Part shown: in pieces, positions 1-8,560 of the stretch
Position numbering within the stretch: position 1 is the first letter of the stretch
Layout: every line of letters begins with the position of its first letter
NCBI GenBank assembly: GCA_021399395.1
Contig: JAAFKJ010000011.1
Coordinates: forward strand, 1 to 10,412
Direction: 5' to 3'
Source: Candidatus Heimdallarchaeota archaeon
GTDB taxonomy: Archaea; Asgardarchaeota; Heimdallarchaeia; Heimdallarchaeales; Heimdallarchaeaceae
Length of the DNA: 10,412 nt
Position numbers and translations under genes: made by a program
Notes under the pieces: generated by a model
What the model saw: only the letters and a program-made list of their open reading frames with translations
The model's database searches: none
Told to the model about the DNA's origin: nothing

Positions 1-1
1 T

Positions 2-1048
2 GAAGATATACTTTTAGAGATTAAAGGGCTCAAGACATACTTTTTCACAGAAGAGGGTGTAGTTAAAGCTATTGAGTCTGTTGATATTGTCGTTTATAAA
101 TCTGAAACACTGGGCTTAGTGGGTGAATCAGGTTCGGGTAAGTCAGTCACTGCTTTATCCATTCTTGGGATTGTTCCTGATCCTCCAGGCAAAATCCTTG
201 GTGGTGAAGTGATTTTTCATGGTCAAGATCTGAGACATCTTAGTGATTCAGATATGAGAAAAATCAGAGGTAATCAAATTGCTATGATTTTCCAAGATCC
301 AATGACCAGTCTTAATCCAGTATTCACTGTTGGTGATCAGATTAGCGAGGCTATTATGCTTCACCAAAAAGTGACAAAGAAGGAAGCTAAAGAGAAATCT
401 ATCAAAATCATGTCCCTCGTAGGTATTCCTAGTGCTGATGAACGTGTGGACAATTATCCCTTTGAATTTTCTGGGGGGATGAGGCAACGTGTTATGATTG
501 CAATGGCTCTCAGCTGTAATCCTGAATTACTAATAGCTGACGAACCATCAACTAGTCTTGATGTTACCATTCAAGCACAAATTCTCGAGCTACTGAAAGC
601 TACAAGTGAAGAGTTTGATATGAGTATCATTCTTATCACACACGATATGGGTGTTATTGCTGAAATGTGTGATCGTGTGGCAGTTATGTATGCCGGATAT
701 ATTTGTGAGGTTGGTGATATTATGGTTATTTTCAAATCGCCCTACCATCCTTATACAAGAGGTTTGCTAGGTGCAATTCCGAGACCAGATGCGGCAAGAG
801 AGGATCTGACGATTATCAGAGGATCTATTCCAAATCTTATCAATCCTCCCTCTGCATGCAGATTCCATCCAAGATGTGATTATATGATGCAAGGGTTGTG
901 TGAGCATAATCTACCTGATTTAGTAGAAATAGAACCAGATCACTTTGTGAGATGCCACCTTTATACTGAAGAGGGAAAAGCTTGGATGCAAGAACGTGGT
1001 GAAAAGAAGGAAATTGGCAAAATGCCAAAAGTAGCAACAACAATTTAG
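2..1048 (+). CDS. oppD: Oligopeptide/dipeptide ABC transporter ATP-binding subunit (OppD/DppD-like), 5'-truncated by the window edge
   Basis: The frame is open from position 2 ([48 protein letters not shown]), so the ORF-track start at 119 is an internal Val. Motifs: Walker [10 protein letters not shown]-loop [11 protein letters not shown], signature FSGGMRQR, Walker B LLIADEP, H-loop ITHD, HPYT, and a C-terminal CRFHPRC..C..C cluster. Confidence 0.93.
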   Translation, partial: EDILLEIKGLKTYFFTEEGVVKAIESVDIVVYKSETLGLVGESGSGKSVTALSILGIVPDPPGKILGGEVIFHGQDLRHLSDSDMRKIRGNQIAMIFQDPMTSLNPVFTVGDQISEAIMLHQKVTKKEAKEKSIKIMSLVGIPSADERVDNYPFEFSGGMRQRVMIAMALSCNPELLIADEPSTSLDVTIQAQILELLKATSEEFDMSIILITHDMGVIAEMCDRVAVMYAGYICEVGDIMVIFKSPYHPYTRGLLGAIPRPDAAREDLTIIRGSIPNLINPPSACRFHPRCDYMMQGLCEHNLPDLVEIEPDHFVRCHLYTEEGKAWMQERGEKKEIGKMPKVATTI

Positions 1049-1052
1049 GTGA
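1047..1052 (+). promoter_or_regulatory. Shine-Dalgarno (AGGTGA) for the oppF-like gene, overlapping the oppD stop
   Basis: AGGTGA at 1047-1052 lies 5 nt before ATG 1058, which favours ATG 1058 over GTG 1049 as the start. Confidence 0.7.
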
Positions 1053-1057
1053 AAAAA

Positions 1058-2281
1058 ATGGGTAGTTCAGAATCTTTTATTGATAAACTTGCTTCTAAAC
1101 AACAGCAGAAAGGACTTCTAGCTGATCGTATTAGAACAAAAGATATGGGAGAAGATGTAATTTTAGATGTTATAAATTTGAGAAAATTCTTTGATATTCC
1201 TGTGCCCTTCGAAACCACTTGGTTTATGATTGCGTTTGTTGGAGCTGTTGTTTTATTTGCATTTTACCAACTTTATGGACTGATTGCAATCGGCGGAATT
1301 ATTGTTCTTTACTTTGCTTTACCGTATGTTCCACCATTTAACAAAAGACCAAAAGTAGCACATCTTAAAGCGGTTGATGGTATTAGCTTACAAATCAAAA
1401 AAGGTAAGATTGTTGGTTTGGTTGGAGAATCAGGTTGCGGTAAAAGTACAGCAGCAAAAACAATTATTAGGTTACATGAACCTACATCAGGTTCAGTTTA
1501 TTTCAAAGGAATTGATATTAATCGTTTAACCTCTGAGGAAATGAAAGAAATCAGGAGACATTTGCAAATTGTATTCCAAGATCCTTATGCTTCATTAAAT
1601 CCTCGAGCTACAGCACATGATATCATTATTGAACCATTTGATATTCATGGAGTAGCTTCCGGAGATGAAGCCAGTTACAGAGTTCTAACACTCTTGAAAG
1701 ATGTAGGTCTTGCTCCTCACCATGCTTATCGTTACCCTCACGAATTCAGTGGAGGACAAAGACAAAGACTAGGGATTGCAAGAGCTTTAGCATTAGAACC
1801 TGATTTTATAGTAATGGATGAACCAGTTTCAAACCTCGATGTATCTGTTCGTGCAGCTATCATTCAGCTAATTCTCGAGCTTCAAAGAAAAATGGGTCTG
1901 ACCTATTTGTTCATTGCTCATGATTTATCTCTTGTTAAAATCCTCTGTGATGAGGTTAATGTAATGTATCTAGGAAGAATAATGGAAGCTGGAACCAGTG
2001 ATGAAATTTTTGAATCAATGATGCATCCATATACTAAAGCTTTGATTTCCGCAGTACCAATTGCAGATCCAACAAAGCGTTCTAAGAAAATCTTCCTTAC
2101 AGGAGATATTCCAACTCCCATCAATCCACCTCCAGGATGTAAATTCCAAACAAGATGTCCTCTAGTATCTGATGTATGCCGTGTAGAAGAACCTCAAGAA
2201 AGATGGTATTCAGAAACACATGTGGCCTACTGTCATAATATTGAAGGCGGAGAAGAGACCCCAGATTTCTTTAAACAATAA
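1058..2281 (+). CDS. oppF: Oligopeptide/dipeptide ABC transporter ATP-binding subunit (OppF/DppF-like) with an inserted hydrophobic, putative transmembrane segment
   Basis: KAVDGIS, Walker A GESGCGKS, VFQDPYASLNP, YPHEFSGGQRQR, Walker B IVMDEP, IAHD, HPYT, CKFQTRC..C..C. Start chosen from the SD at 1047-1052. Confidence 0.92.
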   Translation: MGSSESFIDKLASKQQQKGLLADRIRTKDMGEDVILDVINLRKFFDIPVPFETTWFMIAFVGAVVLFAFYQLYGLIAIGGIIVLYFALPYVPPFNKRPKVAHLKAVDGISLQIKKGKIVGLVGESGCGKSTAAKTIIRLHEPTSGSVYFKGIDINRLTSEEMKEIRRHLQIVFQDPYASLNPRATAHDIIIEPFDIHGVASGDEASYRVLTLLKDVGLAPHHAYRYPHEFSGGQRQRLGIARALALEPDFIVMDEPVSNLDVSVRAAIIQLILELQRKMGLTYLFIAHDLSLVKILCDEVNVMYLGRIMEAGTSDEIFESMMHPYTKALISAVPIADPTKRSKKIFLTGDIPTPINPPPGCKFQTRCPLVSDVCRVEEPQERWYSETHVAYCHNIEGGEETPDFFKQ

Positions 2282-2282
2282 T

Positions 2283-2320
2283 CTTTCTTATTTTTTCCTT
2301 TATTTTTCTTTTTACTCTTT
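2283..2320 (+). terminator. Archaeal-type oligo-T terminator after the opp operon
   Basis: Pyrimidine tract tctttcttattttttcctttatttttctttttactcttt immediately after TAA 2281, with no hairpin. Confidence 0.6.
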
Positions 2321-2387
2321 AAACTAAAACAAGATTTATTTAGTCTAATTCAGAGTGTACGATGTTATTTAACTTGTACGTACTACT

Positions 2388-2394
2388 GAGAGGT
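2388..2394 (+). promoter_or_regulatory. Shine-Dalgarno (GAGAGGT) for the 2403 ORF
   Basis: GAGAGGT ends 8 nt before ATG 2403. A TATA-like TTTATTTA lies at 2335-2342. Confidence 0.6.
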
Positions 2395-2402
2395 AATAAT
2401 CC

Positions 2403-3155
2403 ATGAGTAGAGTGAATCTTGAATCAGCTCAGAATAATATCGAGCGATTATCAAATAATCTGAATGAATTGCAACAAATGCTCTCCAGCAAGAATGATGA
2501 GTTGAACGCAAAAATCAGAGAATTTAATGATGTACTCTCTTCTTTCTTTAGAGAAGCAGATGAAAAGAATCAGCTCTTTAACAAAGAGGAAGAAAGAAAG
2601 AGAACAAATAGTGAAGAATTGGAGCAACTTAATGCTAAGTTCCAAGAATTGAATTCTAGAAAAGATATCCTGCAATCAGAAATCGCCAGTAAACAACAAG
2701 ATATTGGACAGTTATCGGCTTTAGTTCTTGAAAGAGAGAAATTAAGTACAGAAGCTAGCCTTCAAGTTGATTCTCTCAACGAAAGAATTGCTAATTTTAA
2801 CAGAAAAATCGAAGAGATGGAAGTTCTTACAGATGCGCTAATTGAAGAAACTAAGGAGAAAACAAGAACTTTGGAAATAAAGAACGCCGAATTATCAGAA
2901 CAATATAATAGAATAGTATCACGTTCCAAGTCCTTACAATATCTAATCAAAAAGGATATTGTAACACTTCCTGAAATTCAAGTGATTCGCAGCTTGAATA
3001 CACCTGGTATTGACACATTGGATAATCTTCGAAAAACATCGGGGGTTTCAGAGGATATTATTAGAAAAATACTACAAGATCTAGCCCGACTAGAAGTTGT
3101 TGCTTTTGATCCATCAACTGGAAAAATCCAGATTTTATCAAGGATTGATATTTAG
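2403..3155 (+). CDS. Hypothetical protein: long N-terminal coiled coil plus C-terminal winged-helix (TrmB/MarR-like) domain
   Basis: 250 aa. Residues ~1-175 are E/K/Q/N/L-rich, Pro-free and show heptad periodicity. The C-terminus PEIQVIRSLNTPGIDTLDNLRKTSGVSEDIIRKILQDLARLEVVAFDPSTGKIQI fits a helix-helix-turn-helix plus beta-wing pattern. Confidence 0.75.
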   Translation: MSRVNLESAQNNIERLSNNLNELQQMLSSKNDELNAKIREFNDVLSSFFREADEKNQLFNKEEERKRTNSEELEQLNAKFQELNSRKDILQSEIASKQQDIGQLSALVLEREKLSTEASLQVDSLNERIANFNRKIEEMEVLTDALIEETKEKTRTLEIKNAELSEQYNRIVSRSKSLQYLIKKDIVTLPEIQVIRSLNTPGIDTLDNLRKTSGVSEDIIRKILQDLARLEVVAFDPSTGKIQILSRIDI

Positions 3156-3166
3156 GAGGAATAAAG

Positions 3167-3919
3167 ATGACAATAGAAAAACTCAATGAAATTTTAGGTG
3201 ATTTAAAGCGAGGAATAGAAGAATTTTCATCACGCTCTTCTTCAACTATTTCTAGCTCGAAAATAACTCTTGAATCAACAGAAGCTGATGTTAGAGCCAT
3301 TCCTGAATATCTTTTAACTCTTCAGAATTCAATGAATGAAATCCAGAAGAACAATAAAGAATTAGAAGAGAAAATAATGAATATAAAACAAGCAATTGAT
3401 ACTGTTACAACTGAGATTGAAATTAATGAGAGCAACAAAGGTGATCTTATAGAGACCGAAGGTAGGAAAAGGACCTATAAAGAAGATTTGGAAAGGCAAA
3501 TAGCTGAGTCTCAACAAAAGAAAGCTCAACTTGATTTAGAATTCAATGATGCTGGTGGTGATGCCACTAGAAAAGAACAAGAATATAATCAATTACAAAT
3601 AAGCACAGGAGAAGAGATTGAGCGTTTAAACCAACAAATAGGTGAAGCAACAACAAGGGTTCAACAAGCAGAATCAGAGAACAAGTTGATTGTGTACCTC
3701 ATGGATGCTGGTTTGATGGATGTTCCAGAAGCTGAAGTGGTAGCGATAGTTGCGGCATATCCAAATGGTTTGAAAATTGATGAAATCAAGCAAAAAGTCA
3801 ACATGCCACCTGTAAGGGTACAACCAACAGTAAATAATCTTCTAGAAACAGTCTTAGAATATGATGCACTATCTGATTCCTACAAGATTATAGATACAAT
3901 CAAAAAAGAGCTTTTGTAA
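3167..3919 (+). CDS. Hypothetical protein: long N-terminal coiled coil plus C-terminal winged-helix-like domain; probable distant paralogue of 2403-3155
   Basis: 250 aa, 11-nt gap from the upstream gene, SD GGAGGA at 3155-3160. Coiled-coil composition to ~aa 172, then PEAEVVAIVAAYPNGLKIDEIKQKVNMPPVRVQPTVNNLLETVLEYDALSDSYKI. Confidence 0.72.
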   Translation: MTIEKLNEILGDLKRGIEEFSSRSSSTISSSKITLESTEADVRAIPEYLLTLQNSMNEIQKNNKELEEKIMNIKQAIDTVTTEIEINESNKGDLIETEGRKRTYKEDLERQIAESQQKKAQLDLEFNDAGGDATRKEQEYNQLQISTGEEIERLNQQIGEATTRVQQAESENKLIVYLMDAGLMDVPEAEVVAIVAAYPNGLKIDEIKQKVNMPPVRVQPTVNNLLETVLEYDALSDSYKIIDTIKKELL

Positions 3920-3920
3920 G

Positions 3921-3941
3921 CTTTTTTTCTCCTATTTCTTC
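3921..3941 (+). terminator. Oligo-T terminator after the coiled-coil pair
   Basis: ctttttttctcctatttcttc directly follows TAA 3919, with further T-runs at 3965-3978. Confidence 0.55.
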
Positions 3942-4053
3942 AAAACCTAGAATCAATGCAACCCTTTTTTACATTTTTCTAAATTTATTTTATATATTTG
4001 GTTTTGATTTATGTATCTGGAGAGTTCTTGCACACGTAATTTCAGAGTGATAG

Positions 4054-5466
<1,413 letters not shown>

Positions 5467-5474
5467 TTTAGAAA

Positions 5475-5502
5475 GATAGGAATATCCTATCACTCTTTTT
5501 TC
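5475..5502. terminator. Hairpin plus T-run between convergent genes; candidate bidirectional terminator
   Basis: Perfect 7-bp stem GATAGGA-ata-TCCTATC (5475-5491), followed on + by actctttttt and on - by tttct. It overlaps the TGA of the minus-strand gene. Confidence 0.55.
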
Positions 5503-8465
5503 TCTTCTTGTTTTATTATCATCCCTTCCCTATTTTGTGCATCTATTCGCACAATTAGGGGGTGCTTTAATCTGACATGGTTCACATATTGGAGTTCTCT
5601 TTCTGGTTTTTTAGCTTGCAACCATTCCCAATCTATGAAGTGATTTTCCTTTGTATGTTTGATGTGGAAGTAACCTATGTTTGCTGTTACTATATTATGA
5701 AAGAAATGAGTTCCTTGAGAGAAATCAACCATGAAATCTTGTAAAGATGTTTCGATTATTGCCTTTGCACCACTAATATTACTCCATTTAACAGGAATGC
5801 CTAAGAATCTATCAGCTGTTCCCCATCGACCAAATCCGATTAAGAGATATGATCTACCTTCTTTAAGTAACAAAGCATTCAACTCATCTATTTCCTCAAC
5901 CATTTCTAGTGTTTTGGTTTTATCAAACATTTCTGGTTTGACATAGATTACGTCTTGGATATCTTTTCGGAGTAAATTGCCTGAAACGTGGTTTGAGTAT
6001 GCAAGGACCTGACTTACATCTACTGAATCATAATCTTCCATCAGTAGTATTTCTTGTTGCAAGAATGGTCGTATCTGAAGTATAGAGAAAACATTTTTCT
6101 CATCAGGTGAGTTCTTAAAAGTTCCAGCGAATTCTATTTCAATCGAAGACCCGAGTGCTCTTTCACCTATTTGCAGAATCCTTGTCAATAATTCAGATAG
6201 AGGAAAGATAGAGTATTTGAGTTGCTGACCAAATGTAATTACAGGAGAACCTTCACCAAAAAATCCATCTCTTAGTGCTTCGGATTCAAAATTATAGGAA
6301 TCAGCTATTTTGGTTAATGTTCCATCTTTAATTGCATCAGACAAATTTAACCGTTTCATATAAGGATCATCATTCAAAATATCAAACTCTTTCATTGTTA
6401 AATCAATAGCATAATAGTTCTTCTGACTTTGTTCAAGAAGAATATCTGGAGTTGAGAAATAATTGATTTTAGGGTACTTAGGGCAAAATCGAACTGCTGA
6501 TTCACCTTCTACTATAGTTTTTCCAAGTCCTAGAGCTAAATGAGCGATTCGATCTTCTGGTTTCATGTAATCGCCAAAAGGATAATAGTTGTAAGAAGAA
6601 GCTGTTCCAGAGAAGTCTGGATAAAATCTATCATTGTGTTCATGCCCTACTACTTCCTGGATTACGACAGCCATTTTAGATTCTTCTACTGTCTGCTGAA
6701 TAGTCTCAGCATAGGATTTAGCAAGTTTCAAGAATTGAGATGCATATACCAATTTTATTGCAGTACAAAGCTGTTTTGTTCTCTCTTCATCACCATCTTG
6801 ATTATTTGGAATCATATATGTATCAAAAATACCAGCAAATGGTTGATATGCTGAATCTTCAAGAAGGCTTGATGATCTAATTGCCAAGGGACCAGTAAGA
6901 TCTTTTAATAGAAAGCGAAGATCTTTCACTATGCTTTTAGAGAGTTTTGCCTTTACAAACTTCTTTTTGATTTCTTCATCACTTGTCTCGGATAAGGCAA
7001 ATTCGTAAAGATTATTTTCTTCCATAAACTTATCATATTCATCGGTTCCAATTACAATCGTTTTGGGAATTTCTACTGATATGTCTTCAAATTCAGATTC
7101 AATCAGAAATGAATTCAACAAGAACATAAGAAAAGCAATTCCTCTACCTTTTCCACCTAAAGATCCAGGACGGAGTCGTAAGAACAAAATCTGATGGTGA
7201 TAGTTTTCATAAGAAAAATCGTTAATTACACCTTTTGTTTTTTCGTTGACAAGTTTATTAATAGTTTTTAGGAGAAAGTCTTGAAGTTCTTCTTTTGTAA
7301 ATTCAGACACTTTTCTGGGTTTAAGCGTTTCAGCAATCTCAAACTCTCCTCTAGCATGTAACCAATTTGAAAAATGGTCATTCTTACCATGAAATACAAG
7401 ACATTCTAAAGGAACCTCAGAGATTTTGCTGAAAAATGTTATAACGTCATTGGCATTGCCAAATTCAACGCCATCTTGATTTTTGAAAACAAAATCACCA
7501 AATCCCACATATTGAAGAAGCCAATTCCTTAAATCCCACATCATTCCATGAGAACGTTTGTGGATGTAAAAACACCCCATCTCTTCTGCTTCCTCTCTAT
7601 AGAATTCTTTACTGGATTGAAGTACAATTGGAAGATTTGTATTTTCTTCTTTTATTCTCTTAGCAAAAAGAAATCCTGCGTTCTTAGTTAGTTTACCATC
7701 TACTGGGAATTCTATATCAGAGATTACGCCCATCAGATAATCTTTGTATTTTTCATAATAAGCAAGAGCTTCTTCATAGGTTTCAGCTAAAAGAATTTTG
7801 GGTCTAACTCTCATCTTAAGTAAATCTTGGAAATCGTTTGTACCTTCAGTTATTAATCGATGAGTTTGCCGCATTATCTCACCATAAAGCTCTGGGAGGA
7901 GGAGTGAATAGAAACGAATAGAATCGTCTACAAAAATAAAAACTCTAACATTCCCCTTCTGGGTATCATAATCAGCATTAAATTTATCTTCAAGATGTTT
8001 TATTATGGCAACAAATATTTTAGAATCACCATTCCAAACAAAGACACGGTCAATTCCCTTTCTTTTTTCAAATTCAGGAAGGTATTTTATTTCAACAACA
8101 CTGTTCAGAAGCAATATTACTGGAATATCTTGAATTGATTTTACATTCACTCCAAAAGAAAACGCATCCATATCCCCTAGCCTTCTCATGGTTATTACCA
8201 AATCAAACTTCTTTTCTCCAAGCATTTCAAGAGCTTCATTTGCAGAAGAAACACGGGTAATTCTCGGTAAAGTTCTGAGATTGAGGTTCTGGAATTCTTC
8301 ATAGATTTGATCAGATAGACGCCCATCTTCTTCGAGCATGAAACTATCATAGATACTTGATACAAGAAGAACATTCCTCATCCGGATATCCATTAATTCA
8401 TGAAATATTTTGTACTTTGGCTTATATTCTAGAAAGAAACTCTCTGCATCTTGATGTGAAGACAA
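5490..8465 (-). CDS. Receiver-domain-containing PEP-synthase/PPDK-like ATP-grasp protein ('PEP/pyruvate-binding domain' family), function unknown
   Basis: 991 aa, TTG start with a strong SD AGGAGGT 6 nt upstream. Degenerate REC (NVLLVSS..FDLVITM); second REC (FVD180D181, GVISD250, LQSS, YIHK303); PPDK_N-type motifs GSLGGKG (434-440), IRSSSLLEDS..PFAG (R530), MAVVIQEVVG, LGLGKTIVEG, IEIEFA, LQIRP (796-800); C-terminal GFGRWG and SQGTH920FFHN. Confidence 0.85.
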   Translation of the reverse strand: MSSHQDAESFFLEYKPKYKIFHELMDIRMRNVLLVSSIYDSFMLEEDGRLSDQIYEEFQNLNLRTLPRITRVSSANEALEMLGEKKFDLVITMRRLGDMDAFSFGVNVKSIQDIPVILLLNSVVEIKYLPEFEKRKGIDRVFVWNGDSKIFVAIIKHLEDKFNADYDTQKGNVRVFIFVDDSIRFYSLLLPELYGEIMRQTHRLITEGTNDFQDLLKMRVRPKILLAETYEEALAYYEKYKDYLMGVISDIEFPVDGKLTKNAGFLFAKRIKEENTNLPIVLQSSKEFYREEAEEMGCFYIHKRSHGMMWDLRNWLLQYVGFGDFVFKNQDGVEFGNANDVITFFSKISEVPLECLVFHGKNDHFSNWLHARGEFEIAETLKPRKVSEFTKEELQDFLLKTINKLVNEKTKGVINDFSYENYHHQILFLRLRPGSLGGKGRGIAFLMFLLNSFLIESEFEDISVEIPKTIVIGTDEYDKFMEENNLYEFALSETSDEEIKKKFVKAKLSKSIVKDLRFLLKDLTGPLAIRSSSLLEDSAYQPFAGIFDTYMIPNNQDGDEERTKQLCTAIKLVYASQFLKLAKSYAETIQQTVEESKMAVVIQEVVGHEHNDRFYPDFSGTASSYNYYPFGDYMKPEDRIAHLALGLGKTIVEGESAVRFCPKYPKINYFSTPDILLEQSQKNYYAIDLTMKEFDILNDDPYMKRLNLSDAIKDGTLTKIADSYNFESEALRDGFFGEGSPVITFGQQLKYSIFPLSELLTRILQIGERALGSSIEIEFAGTFKNSPDEKNVFSILQIRPFLQQEILLMEDYDSVDVSQVLAYSNHVSGNLLRKDIQDVIYVKPEMFDKTKTLEMVEEIDELNALLLKEGRSYLLIGFGRWGTADRFLGIPVKWSNISGAKAIIETSLQDFMVDFSQGTHFFHNIVTANIGYFHIKHTKENHFIDWEWLQAKKPERELQYVNHVRLKHPLIVRIDAQNREGMIIKQEEKKE

Positions 8466-8471
8466 TAGTTA

Positions 8472-8478
8472 ACCTCCT
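8472..8478 (-). promoter_or_regulatory. Shine-Dalgarno AGGAGGT supporting the TTG start at 8465
   Basis: The + strand acctcct reads AGGAGGT on -, with a 6-nt spacer to TTG. AT-rich TATA-like candidates lie at ~8492-8503 and ~8520-8527. Confidence 0.75.
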
Positions 8479-8533
8479 GTTTATAGAAGTATTATATATT
8501 AAAGAATAAGGGTCATCTAATTTAAATTTGTTG

Positions 8534-8554
8534 AAAAAAAAGAAAAGAGAAAAA
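8534..8554 (-). terminator. Oligo-T terminator after the MFS gene
   Basis: The + strand purine run aaaaaaaagaaaagagaaaaa reads as a T/C tract on -, just after the TAA at 8561. Confidence 0.6.
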
Positions 8555-8560
8555 TCTCAT

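Noticed and set aside
119-121. ORF-track start of the first ATPase at GTG 119
   Set aside because: The frame is open to the window edge and encodes conserved N-terminal strands; 119 is the Val just before Walker A.
524-1840. D-loop variants ([16 protein letters not shown]) as signs of inactive ATPases
   Set aside because: The catalytic Asp-Glu, Walker A Lys, signature and His switch are all intact; the changes are within normal variation.
2403-3919. Calling the coiled-coil pair SMC/Rad50, ESCRT-III/CdvB or a split pseudogene
   Set aside because: There are no Walker motifs or hinge and no recognisable Snf7-type pattern. Each ORF has its own SD and its own C-terminal domain, so they are not fragments of one gene.
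5490-8465. Annotating the 991-aa protein as ppsA or ppdK
   Set aside because: It lacks the C-terminal PEP/pyruvate barrel and the canonical TSHAA motif, and has extra receiver domains.
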